The position numbers and the translations under genes were made by a program. From assembly GCA_017503545.1 (NCBI GenBank), contig JAFVSW010000335.1, positions 171-64,170 of the forward strand: a stretch of 64,000 nucleotides of DNA, in the 5' to 3' direction. The notes beneath the pieces are model-generated. The model made no database searches and was not told where the DNA came from. It saw nothing but the letters and a program-made list of their open reading frames with translations. Positions 1 through 8,300 of the stretch are shown here, in pieces; position 1 is the first letter of the stretch, and each line of letters begins with the position of its first letter. This DNA is from Lentisphaeria bacterium. GTDB lineage: Bacteria; Verrucomicrobiota; Lentisphaeria; Victivallales; UBA1829.

Positions 1-1
1 G

Positions 2-868
2 GCTGTCTTCGCATTCCTCTTCAGCTTCTTCTTTGCACAGATGGACTACATTCTCATGTTCTTCGCCATCACCGGTGCAATCTGGGCTGGTGCAGGTCCG
101 GTGATCACGCTCGGTCTCTACTGGAAAAAAGGTAACGTCTTCGGTGCTTTTGCATCTCTCATTACCGGTTCCGGTATCGCTCTGCTCGGTATTCTCTGCC
201 AGCAGACATGGCCGAAATACATCTATCCCTACTTTGTAAGACATGACATGGTGGAAGGCGTTACCAAGTTCTTCTGGAACGTTTCCAAACCCTTCCACCC
301 CTATGTCAAATGGGAAGTTACTCCCTATGAATTCCCGATCAACTCTACTGAAATCGGCTTCATCGGTCTGCTTTCTTCCGTTGCCATGTATGCGTTTTTC
401 TCTCTCATCACATACAAGAAAGACTACAACCTGGATAAATTGCTCCATCGTGGTCAGTATGCTGACGGTCCGGTACCCGAAAAAATTCCGTGGTCCTTCA
501 AAACCGTCTTCCAGAAGATCATCGGTATCGACGCACAGTACACCACTGGCGATAAGATCCTGGCATGGTCCGTATTCATCTGGTCCTTTGTCTATGGCTT
601 CTCTCTCTGCTTCCTCGGTGTTGTGATCTGGAATGCAATCTACAAATGGCCGAACCACTGGTGGGCAATCAAGTTCAATATCACCGGTATTATCATTCCT
701 GTGATCATTGCCATCGTCTCCACTGTCTGGTTCTCCATCGGTGGTACGAAAGACTTGATCCAGCTCTTCAAAGACCTGAAAAACAAGAAAGACGACTACA
801 CCGACGACGGTACTGTCTCTCATGACGATGATGACGATGCACCGAAAAAGGAAGAAAAAAAAGCATAA
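2..868 (+). CDS. Sodium:solute symporter (SSS family), 3' part; gene starts before the window
   Basis: Frame is open from base 2 (AVFAFLFSFFFAQMDYILMFF...). Multiple TM segments, the 'LGLYWKKGN..GA' SSS signature, and an acidic/basic C-terminal tail. Confidence 0.8.
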   Translation, partial: AVFAFLFSFFFAQMDYILMFFAITGAIWAGAGPVITLGLYWKKGNVFGAFASLITGSGIALLGILCQQTWPKYIYPYFVRHDMVEGVTKFFWNVSKPFHPYVKWEVTPYEFPINSTEIGFIGLLSSVAMYAFFSLITYKKDYNLDKLLHRGQYADGPVPEKIPWSFKTVFQKIIGIDAQYTTGDKILAWSVFIWSFVYGFSLCFLGVVIWNAIYKWPNHWWAIKFNITGIIIPVIIAIVSTVWFSIGGTKDLIQLFKDLKNKKDDYTDDGTVSHDDDDDAPKKEEKKA

Positions 869-902
869 TTGATCCTCTTTCACAACGCTGAATAAGCACT
901 CC

Positions 903-942
903 AAGGCTTTCCCGCAGAGCAATCTGCCGGAAAGCCTTTTTT
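903..942 (+). terminator. Rho-independent terminator
   Basis: AAGGCTTTCC-CGCAGA-gcaa-TCTGC-CGGAAAGCCTT hairpin followed by a T run, just after the SSS stop. Confidence 0.85.
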
Positions 943-946
943 ATTG

Positions 947-1020
947 CACTGACCACTAAACACTAAACACTGACCACTAATCACTAACCACTAACCACTA
1001 ATCACTAATCACTGCCCACT
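947..1020. repeat. Heptamer tandem array (CACTRNN x10.5)
   Basis: cactgac cactaaa cactaaa cactgac cactaat cactaac cactaac cactaat cactaat cactgcc cact. Confidence 0.95.
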
Positions 1021-1072
1021 ATATGTGCATTCTATTTTTCGATTTAATAAAAATATACACATATATGTTCAA

Positions 1073-1100
1073 TTGAAAAAATATTTCCACTAATTATATT
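1073..1100 (+). promoter_or_regulatory. Sigma70-like promoter
   Basis: TTGAAA-N16-TATATT, followed by RBS AGGAG before the ATG at 1130. Confidence 0.6.
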
Positions 1101-1129
1101 ACAACAAACAGGACAGGAGTTAATACGGT

Positions 1130-2188
1130 ATGGAAAGAGGCGAAAAAACAGAAATTGTATTGGAATATCTCCGGAATGGGATCGCATCCGGCAAATGGAC
1201 TCATGCTCTGCTGCCAAAGGAAATGGATCTGGCAAAGCAGTTCGGCGTTGCCAGGGGAACAGTCAGACGGGCATTTGACCATTTGGTATCGGAAGGACTT
1301 GTAAGCCGTAAAAAACATTACGGTACAGTCCTGAACGAACAAACATTAAAAAGTCATTGTATCTGTTCCGTTATACGTGCCAGCGGTCATTTCTACAGTG
1401 ATATATTTGATTCGTTGCAAAAAAAAATTACCCGGAACGGTTACCGGATGCAGCATATTGATGTATATGGCTATGATAAACCGAAAATGCGGAAACATAT
1501 ATTGCGCGGGGTCAATCACCTGTTATCTCTCCCGAATGCAGATAAATTTATTCTGGATGGCTATATTTTCAACGATTACCCCCGTTACAGTGATATATTA
1601 AAGAAAAAACCGGTATTCTTTGATTTTTTTGACAATATCCCACCGGACAATGTCACAGGGGTATTGATTGATTATGAGGAAGCCGGAAAAATCGGGGCAA
1701 AATATTTGTTACAGGCTGGCTGCCGCCATCCCTTATTGATTCTGGGAGACAATCCGGCGGTAAAAAAACGCTATACACCGGAATGTTTTGCAAAACACAA
1801 AGTAAAACAATTTATCAATGGTTATTCAGAAGTGCTGAAGCAAAATGGATTTGATCCGATGTTATACATCTATTATTCAACTCTTGATAAAAAAAGCATA
1901 CTGGATCAACTGTATGAAATCTTCTCCACGCCGTCATGCCGTCCGGACGGGATCTTTGCTGATAGTGACACCTTTATGGTTCGCATTCTGCGCATAGCAA
2001 CCGAATGTGGTTATACACCCGAACACCTGGTCGGCTGCTATGATACCCCATGGAGCCGCGGAGATGGTGGTTTTACTTTTCCAAGTATACGCATTCCTGC
2101 AGAAGTTTGTGCGGAAGAATTACTGAATCAGGTTATGCTGCCGCCCCATTTACGAAAGAATATTTTTATAAAACCGGAAACTTTATAA
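1130..2188 (+). CDS. GntR-wHTH + LacI-type sugar-binding domain regulator (AraR-like)
   Basis: N-terminal LPKEMDLAKQFGVARGTVRRAFDHLVSEGLV (GntR HTH). C-terminal periplasmic-binding-fold features (DYEEAGKIGAKYL, PDGIFADSD, LVGCYD). Confidence 0.85.
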   Translation: MERGEKTEIVLEYLRNGIASGKWTHALLPKEMDLAKQFGVARGTVRRAFDHLVSEGLVSRKKHYGTVLNEQTLKSHCICSVIRASGHFYSDIFDSLQKKITRNGYRMQHIDVYGYDKPKMRKHILRGVNHLLSLPNADKFILDGYIFNDYPRYSDILKKKPVFFDFFDNIPPDNVTGVLIDYEEAGKIGAKYLLQAGCRHPLLILGDNPAVKKRYTPECFAKHKVKQFINGYSEVLKQNGFDPMLYIYYSTLDKKSILDQLYEIFSTPSCRPDGIFADSDTFMVRILRIATECGYTPEHLVGCYDTPWSRGDGGFTFPSIRIPAEVCAEELLNQVMLPPHLRKNIFIKPETL

Positions 2189-2209
2189 ACAAATCAGGAA
2201 AGGATCACT

Positions 2210-2962
2210 ATGAGAAAACATTTTACACTCATCGAACTGTTGATCGTAATTGCCATCATCGCAATATTGGCTGCCATGCTGCTTCCTGCGCTGCAATCCT
2301 CCAAAGGGCAAGCCAAAAAGATCAATTGCATCAGCAACATGAAACAAGTCTGTTTGGCGGCAAACAATTACGGTGCAAACAACAATGATTATCTTCCATC
2401 CGCTTCAAAACATGGAGTATACGCAAGCTATAATTGTCCCTGGTATCAGTTGATCGAAGGAAAATATCTTGGGAAAGATGTGGCAGCATGCCCGGCAGAT
2501 AAAGATTACAGGGTATTTTATAACTGGAATAAATTTACGGATATGCAAAGCAGATGGACCGATTTCGGAAAGATCACATACGGCTGGGAACGATCTGCCG
2601 GATATTGGGTCAATAATACGAATAAAACAATCTATGCGATCCGCCAATCCAAACTGAAACGCCCTTCCATTGTCGGAATCATATATTGTACCGGCGGGAC
2701 AGCAAAAACTTATAAAATATACGGTTATGACAGTTACAGTACCAATTTGGATGCCAGTCTCGGGCTATTCAATGTAGAAGTCGCATTTCCACGTTGGGAT
2801 ACCGTTCTGGCAAATCATAAAAGAGATTTGCTGGTAGGTTTTGCAGATGGAAGTGCCAGGAATCTCGGTAAAATGGTTCCCATGTCAACATGGCAAGAAA
2901 TGTATAATCATTTCTCCAAGAGAGGTTTACTGATCCGCCATTCAGATATATACAACAAATAA
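2210..2962 (+). CDS. Prepilin-type N-terminal domain / DUF1559-like protein with H-X9-DG motif
   Basis: [36 protein letters not shown], and C-terminal [12 protein letters not shown]. Confidence 0.9.
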   Translation: MRKHFTLIELLIVIAIIAILAAMLLPALQSSKGQAKKINCISNMKQVCLAANNYGANNNDYLPSASKHGVYASYNCPWYQLIEGKYLGKDVAACPADKDYRVFYNWNKFTDMQSRWTDFGKITYGWERSAGYWVNNTNKTIYAIRQSKLKRPSIVGIIYCTGGTAKTYKIYGYDSYSTNLDASLGLFNVEVAFPRWDTVLANHKRDLLVGFADGSARNLGKMVPMSTWQEMYNHFSKRGLLIRHSDIYNK

Positions 2963-2980
2963 TACAAGGATTTTGAAATC

Positions 2981-4630
2981 ATGAAAAAAATTCTCTTTAT
3001 TCTCTGCTTTGCAGGGACATTTCCTCTCTTTGCAGGCTCGATCAACGTCAAAGACTACGGCGCACTCGGCAATGGTAAAAATGATGATACTGCCGCCATA
3101 AGAAAAGCTGCAGACCATGCCGTAAAAAACTCAAAAGATGGATTTACGCCAAAAACACTGTATTTTCCGTCAGGGACCTATACGATCAACGGTTCAATCA
3201 AACTCAAAAATGTTTCTCTGAAAGGAAATAACGCATTATTGTTTCAGAAAAAAAAGGATGCAGTAACATTTGAATATACCGATTTCTGGCATGTCCGTGT
3301 CAGCGGTTTGACATTCCGTGGTGGAAAAGGGCATATTGTTGCCAATAATGACAATCTGGATAAAAGTCTCTTTTTTGTGGATCATTGCAAATTTTTCCAT
3401 TCGTCCGGTACCGCTCTGCAAACAAAAAAAGGAGCGCAAAGTACATTATTCACCATATCAAATTGTGAATTTATCCGCTGTATGTGCGCTATCGACAGCG
3501 ATTGCGATTGGACGGTCATCCGTGATACCTGGATCATGAATCCGGAAAATATGGCAAACTCCGCCGTAATCGTCAACCGGCATGGATATATGACCGTTGA
3601 CAATTTACTTGGGGTACCGCTTTGCAACGGAAGAAATCAGCGTTGGATCGATAATTATGCGTTTCTGACCGCAACCAATTGCCGTTTCGGCGGGGAAGGC
3701 GGCGGTTTTACTGCAGTTTACAATTTTGCAAAGTACAAGAATCCCCCTGCCCTTCCTATGACCGTTGTATTACGGGAATGTGAGGTGGATTCCCATACCA
3801 GTGGCTTGCAGAATGGTGCAGTATACTGTGTTGAAGTTCCGAATCTGATCGCGCTTGAAAATTGCAGAGCCACATTTTCAAATGGTATCGTCGTCAGAAA
3901 AGACCTGGATTTGCAAAACTATTTTTTCGGCTCAAAAAACGATTTTGCTTACATCGCCAGGAACAACGTCGGCTTCAAAGAAAATATGATTCCGGAAGGA
4001 CTTGCAAAACCTGTCGTCCGCCCGCTTCCTTTTCCGGCAGGATATCTCTCCGATAAAATGGTGGCAGAAAAAATCAAAGCATACGTTCCAACTGCCCTGA
4101 CAAAAAGTCAATGCGAAGTCGATGCGTTGACACAGCCTGGAGCAAAATTGGTTCTTGCCAACCGGATGGATGGATCAACCTTCTTCAATAAAGATTTGCT
4201 TGCCATTGTTCGGGAAAAAGGACCGGCATGTATTATGCGCCGTACTCATGATAAAACCAATGATGCGCCGTTTGCAGAATTACAACATGTAAAAGTCGAT
4301 CTTGACAAAACACCGTACATTCTGCTGGATATGCGATCAAAAGACTACGGCGAATTTGCAATCAAGTTCATTGATGAAGCGACGGGTAAAATGTACGCAT
4401 GGACAGCCCAGCAGCGAACCGTTCAAAAAATGGAAGTAAATATTTCCAAAGCGATTCCGGAGTTATCCGGAAAAAAGACCTTTACGTTCCGTATTTATTA
4501 CATTGGCAGAAAATATTTTCACCGTAAAGGAAATACACCACATCATTTCTTGTATTCGGATGCAGGAAGTGTGCTGGAAATCCATGAATTCGGATTCAAT
4601 TCAAAACCTGTACTCAAAAAGAAGAAATAA
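2981..4630 (+). CDS. Secreted beta-helix protein with Pectate_lyase_3-like N-terminus
   Basis: Signal peptide; NVKDYGALGNGKNDDTAAIRKA..LYFPSGTY motif; beta-helix-like repeats; extra C-terminal beta domain. Confidence 0.8.
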   Translation: MKKILFILCFAGTFPLFAGSINVKDYGALGNGKNDDTAAIRKAADHAVKNSKDGFTPKTLYFPSGTYTINGSIKLKNVSLKGNNALLFQKKKDAVTFEYTDFWHVRVSGLTFRGGKGHIVANNDNLDKSLFFVDHCKFFHSSGTALQTKKGAQSTLFTISNCEFIRCMCAIDSDCDWTVIRDTWIMNPENMANSAVIVNRHGYMTVDNLLGVPLCNGRNQRWIDNYAFLTATNCRFGGEGGGFTAVYNFAKYKNPPALPMTVVLRECEVDSHTSGLQNGAVYCVEVPNLIALENCRATFSNGIVVRKDLDLQNYFFGSKNDFAYIARNNVGFKENMIPEGLAKPVVRPLPFPAGYLSDKMVAEKIKAYVPTALTKSQCEVDALTQPGAKLVLANRMDGSTFFNKDLLAIVREKGPACIMRRTHDKTNDAPFAELQHVKVDLDKTPYILLDMRSKDYGEFAIKFIDEATGKMYAWTAQQRTVQKMEVNISKAIPELSGKKTFTFRIYYIGRKYFHRKGNTPHHFLYSDAGSVLEIHEFGFNSKPVLKKKK

Positions 4631-4639
4631 GGTAACATA

Positions 4640-5866
4640 ATGAAAAAGAATCTGTTGATCGCTCTTTTCTTTTCCGCAGTTTCCCTCTTCTCTGCCGATT
4701 TCAATGTAAAAAAATTCGGTGCAAAAGGAGACGGCAGAACCGATGATACGAAAGCCATTCAGGCGGCATTCACTGCCGCCGCAAAAAGTGTCAGAAGCGC
4801 AAATTCTTACGGTAAACATCCGAAATCAAGCTATTACGGCTCCGGACCGACGGTCGTTTTTCCACATGGAAAATATAAAATTTCATCAACAATCAAAGTC
4901 AATAACTACGTCAATTTTTCCGGTGTCAGCGGCACCCCCATGTTGATTTGGGCTGGCGGTGAAAAAGGGGTAATGTTCAGCATTGCCGCATTTCGTACAA
5001 TCGTGGAAAAACTGATCTTTGTCGGGAGCGGTGTACAACTCCATTTCAGCAATAAAAATATTGATAAAACCATGGTCACCGTCCGTGACTGCCAATTTTT
5101 TTATGCCGCAGATATTGCAATCAAACTCGAACCTGCCCAAGGAGCAGATCATCTATCGACACAAAGTTTGATCGAAAATTGTCTTTTCTCCAAAAATTTC
5201 CGCTGTATACAAAATTATGGAGATCTAATGGAGATCCGGAACGTATGGGTAGATCAGATACAACCTTATATGGCTGACGGCGCAGCATTTATAAACAAAT
5301 ACGGCACTATGCGGATCGCGTTTTCCTGTCTGACTCCATCCGCCAATCCCGATAAGGGCCCGCTGTATTATCATAATGCCCGGTGGGTTGACAATTATCA
5401 GCGTTTTGAAGCCCATTCGGTCCGGTTCGGCGGAGAAGGCGGCGGTATCCCAATCTGTTACAATTTTGCAAAAGCAGCAACAAAACACCCTGCAACAGAT
5501 GGCGGTAGAATCGCCATATATAACAGTTTGATCGCCTGTGGACAGCAACGCAGGGAGAACGGTGCCGTGATCCGTCTGTTCCATCTGCCGTCTCAAATCA
5601 CGATCCGTGATTGCTATGGAATCGGTGTAACGCCCCTGATCGTTTTGGATCCGGCATTGAATATTGCAGAAGAAAAAAAGAAAAATCCAAACGGATTGAG
5701 GAATGCCAGATATCACATTTCAAATACGCTTTTTTATAATCGGAAAATCAATGCGATACCGGTAGAATTGAAGCCATTCTTCACATCAGATTCCGATTGC
5801 AGTTTTGAAAAAATTCCCCCACGTCCGATCCCCCGCAACATCACGGATACCAGAAAAAAGAAATAA
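4640..5866 (+). CDS. Secreted beta-helix protein with Pectate_lyase_3-like N-terminus, paralog of the upstream gene
   Basis: Signal peptide; NVKKFGAKGDGRTDDTKAIQAA..VVFPHGKY; shares RW(I/V)DNY and RFGGEGGG with 2981..4630. Confidence 0.8.
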   Translation: MKKNLLIALFFSAVSLFSADFNVKKFGAKGDGRTDDTKAIQAAFTAAAKSVRSANSYGKHPKSSYYGSGPTVVFPHGKYKISSTIKVNNYVNFSGVSGTPMLIWAGGEKGVMFSIAAFRTIVEKLIFVGSGVQLHFSNKNIDKTMVTVRDCQFFYAADIAIKLEPAQGADHLSTQSLIENCLFSKNFRCIQNYGDLMEIRNVWVDQIQPYMADGAAFINKYGTMRIAFSCLTPSANPDKGPLYYHNARWVDNYQRFEAHSVRFGGEGGGIPICYNFAKAATKHPATDGGRIAIYNSLIACGQQRRENGAVIRLFHLPSQITIRDCYGIGVTPLIVLDPALNIAEEKKKNPNGLRNARYHISNTLFYNRKINAIPVELKPFFTSDSDCSFEKIPPRPIPRNITDTRKKK

Positions 5867-5892
5867 TCAACGCCGCAAAGAACTGAAAATAA

Positions 5893-5936
5893 ATGCGGGG
5901 CAGAAAACTTTTTGTGATGAGTTTTCTGCCCCGCAT
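5893..5936. terminator. Hairpin, probable bidirectional terminator between convergent genes
   Basis: Perfect 17-bp stem ATGCGGGGCAGAAAACT / AGTTTTCTGCCCCGCAT with a 10-nt loop. Confidence 0.8.
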
Positions 5937-5966
5937 ATCATTTAACGCAGTTAAAAGCAATAACGT

Positions 5967-7649
5967 TTATTTGGCAAACACTGCTTTCAACAGTTTTTCC
6001 GTTTCACGATTTAATTCACTTTCATCCCGCTTGCCCCAGCCATGACCATAACGGGGATAATTCAACATTTTCTTTTCGCCTTTGAGATTGTTATAAGCGG
6101 CGTAGACAGACATGGGTTCGCACATGGAGTCATAGAATCCAACTGTCACGAGAGCCGGGCATTTGACAAATGCAGCAAAGTTGGCGGCATCGAAGTATTC
6201 CGCATCCTTATCAAAGGTTTTGGAACGATTCGGCGCAGAACGGAGAACCTGCGGCCAACCGGCACGGCGTCCGGCATCATACGCATTGTGGTCACACAAC
6301 GCCGGAACGTCAGCACTGACGCACTGGATCAACGGATTCAATGCTGCGAGAATAAAGGCAGAACCGCCACCCTGACTGCGTCCGACGGCTGCAAGGTGTT
6401 TGCCATCCCATTCCTTGACATTCATCATGGAATAATCCATCATACGCATCATACCGAGAATAGCTTTGTAATAGTAATAAGTTTCCCGGGACTGTGCGCC
6501 TTTGAGGTAATACCACGGTTTATTGAATTCCATATAATCCGCATGTTTCGGGAACAGCCGGTCAAAGACGGTGATCGTAACCTGGATTGCATTGGAACGT
6601 TTGAATGCGCCCCAACCGTAATTTCCTGCCGGGGGAACAGTAAAGACCATGGGCAGCTTGCCTTTTGCATTCAGCGGGACAGCGATCGTGCAATAGCTTC
6701 TGGTACCACCGAAGTTGGCAAAAGAGATCCACTGAAAATGATGTGTATTTGTCTTATAATCTTTTACGACTTTGAAATCCGCCGGAACTTCCTTATTCAT
6801 TTTTGCATACTGTCCGTACCAGTAAGTGATCAAATCTTTGGGAGCGGGACGGCCGGCTTTGATTTTTTCCGGGCTGAAGGCAGCTGCCACATTGGCGGAA
6901 TGTTGTCTTTTCAGAATATACTTGCCGTTTTTATCCTGGATGGCAATGTGCGCTCTGTAAAAACCCGGTTTATCCATGGTGGCATCAAACTTGACCGGAC
7001 CTTTTGCCAGATCGAACTTGAGATTCGCCTTGGGGAAACCATTGTAAATGGGGTAAATGGTTACGGTACCTTGGGTAATGACTTTGCCATCCAGTTTCGG
7101 CTCCACTGTAAAATGTGCAGTTTCACCGACTTTGTACATAAAATCAGGGCGATCGGCATTGATGACGGCATCCACTTTCGGTGCCGGTTTGCCGGTGATT
7201 GCATAATTGAATTTTGTGATCTTGATTTCGGAACCGGCGTACATTGTCAAACGGGGACGAATGATTGTGGTATCATTGCTCTTGACCGGCAATACGACCT
7301 TGATTTCCTGCGGAGTATCAGTCAATTTCAATGCTTTGCTCTGCTGCGTACTGAGATTGAAACCGGACTTGTATTCGTAGCAACCGATATCCACTTTACC
7401 TTTACCGGATGCCGTCAAAGTAAATTCGATCTTCTGCCCTTTTACGCCTTTTTTACCGGCTGCACAAAAGTAGTACCAGGCACCGCTTTTGTTTCCTTTG
7501 AGGGTGATGGAATTACCGTCAATCTTTATGGATTCGGGATTCTTTTTGAGCTGATCCCCGTTAGTGGGGCTCCATCCCTGCAACGGGTTGGCACAGAGAA
7601 CGACCGCAGAAACTGCGGCAAAAAGGGTCAATACAAATTTTGTTTTCAT
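5967..7649 (-). CDS. Secreted acetylxylan esterase-like (CE7/AXE1) enzyme with extra N-terminal domain
   Basis: Signal peptide; nucleophile elbow GRSQGG, DVPALCD, YFDAANFA, VGFYDSMC and GH, consistent with a Ser-Asp-His triad. Confidence 0.85.
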   Translation of the reverse strand: MKTKFVLTLFAAVSAVVLCANPLQGWSPTNGDQLKKNPESIKIDGNSITLKGNKSGAWYYFCAAGKKGVKGQKIEFTLTASGKGKVDIGCYEYKSGFNLSTQQSKALKLTDTPQEIKVVLPVKSNDTTIIRPRLTMYAGSEIKITKFNYAITGKPAPKVDAVINADRPDFMYKVGETAHFTVEPKLDGKVITQGTVTIYPIYNGFPKANLKFDLAKGPVKFDATMDKPGFYRAHIAIQDKNGKYILKRQHSANVAAAFSPEKIKAGRPAPKDLITYWYGQYAKMNKEVPADFKVVKDYKTNTHHFQWISFANFGGTRSYCTIAVPLNAKGKLPMVFTVPPAGNYGWGAFKRSNAIQVTITVFDRLFPKHADYMEFNKPWYYLKGAQSRETYYYYKAILGMMRMMDYSMMNVKEWDGKHLAAVGRSQGGGSAFILAALNPLIQCVSADVPALCDHNAYDAGRRAGWPQVLRSAPNRSKTFDKDAEYFDAANFAAFVKCPALVTVGFYDSMCEPMSVYAAYNNLKGEKKMLNYPRYGHGWGKRDESELNRETEKLLKAVFAK

Positions 7650-7670
7650 AATTACTGATAACCCCTTATT

Positions 7671-8156
7671 TTACTTTTTTGCAGGAGCCGATGCGGGAGC
7701 AAGGACTTTCACCGCAAAATTCTTGACAACGATTTGAGAATCGGAATCGAGAATAAAAATCGGACGAACTATTTTTGTTTCTCCGGAAAGAACATCCAAT
7801 ACGATTTTCTGTTCCGCAGCTTTGTCAGTCAGGACCACGTTTTTCACCGTCAAACGGGAAGTATTGAAACTGCCTTTGTATTCGTAGTAACCGACCTGAA
7901 CTTTTCCTTTACCGGAGGCAGTCAGAGTGATTTCCACCTTCTGCCCTTTTACGGCATTCAACGGGGCAGACGGTTTGAAATACATCCATTTCATTTTGGG
8001 AATACCGGTCAGTGTGATACTGTCGGCGGCGGCTTTGATCATGTTGGGATTCGCTTTAACAAGATCAGACCGGGTGGGACACCAGCCCTTCAGCGGATTG
8101 GCGCAAAGGGTAACGGTTGCCAGAGACATGACTGCGAACAAAAGAATTTTTTTCAT
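7671..8156 (-). CDS. Small secreted protein homologous to the N-terminal domain of the adjacent esterase
   Basis: Signal peptide. Shares LCANPL.GW.PT, VKGQK.E.TLTASGKGKV..G.YEYK..FN and I(V/I)RP with 5967..7649. Confidence 0.85.
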   Translation of the reverse strand: MKKILLFAVMSLATVTLCANPLKGWCPTRSDLVKANPNMIKAAADSITLTGIPKMKWMYFKPSAPLNAVKGQKVEITLTASGKGKVQVGYYEYKGSFNTSRLTVKNVVLTDKAAEQKIVLDVLSGETKIVRPIFILDSDSQIVVKNFAVKVLAPASAPAKK

Positions 8157-8203
8157 GATAACATCCTTTGTTATTTTGTTTGTTGATATTACGGATACAA
8201 CCT

Positions 8204-8232
8204 ATTATAGCACGCGAAACACTGTTTTTCAA
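8204..8232 (-). promoter_or_regulatory. Sigma70-like promoter
   Basis: Minus strand TTGAAA-N17-TATAAT upstream of the gene starting at 8156. Confidence 0.65.
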
Positions 8233-8300
8233 ATCTCAACAGCAAAAAGTTGCAAAGATTCTTGCAATTTACATGGTATTGCTATGCTGTAACAGGTGTA

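Noticed and set aside
947-1020. CRISPR array
   Set aside because: The units are contiguous 7-mers with no spacers, and no cas genes are present.
2210-2962. T2SS or type IV pilus biogenesis operon
   Set aside because: No ATPase, platform protein, secretin or prepilin peptidase lies near any of the three pilin-like genes.
6042-7658. Long antisense ORFs (also 11642-12733, 13928-15280, 20159-22738, 24526-26049, 32973-34076, 40326-41639)
   Set aside because: They mirror well-supported genes on the opposite strand and have no recognisable motifs; this is expected from codon bias.
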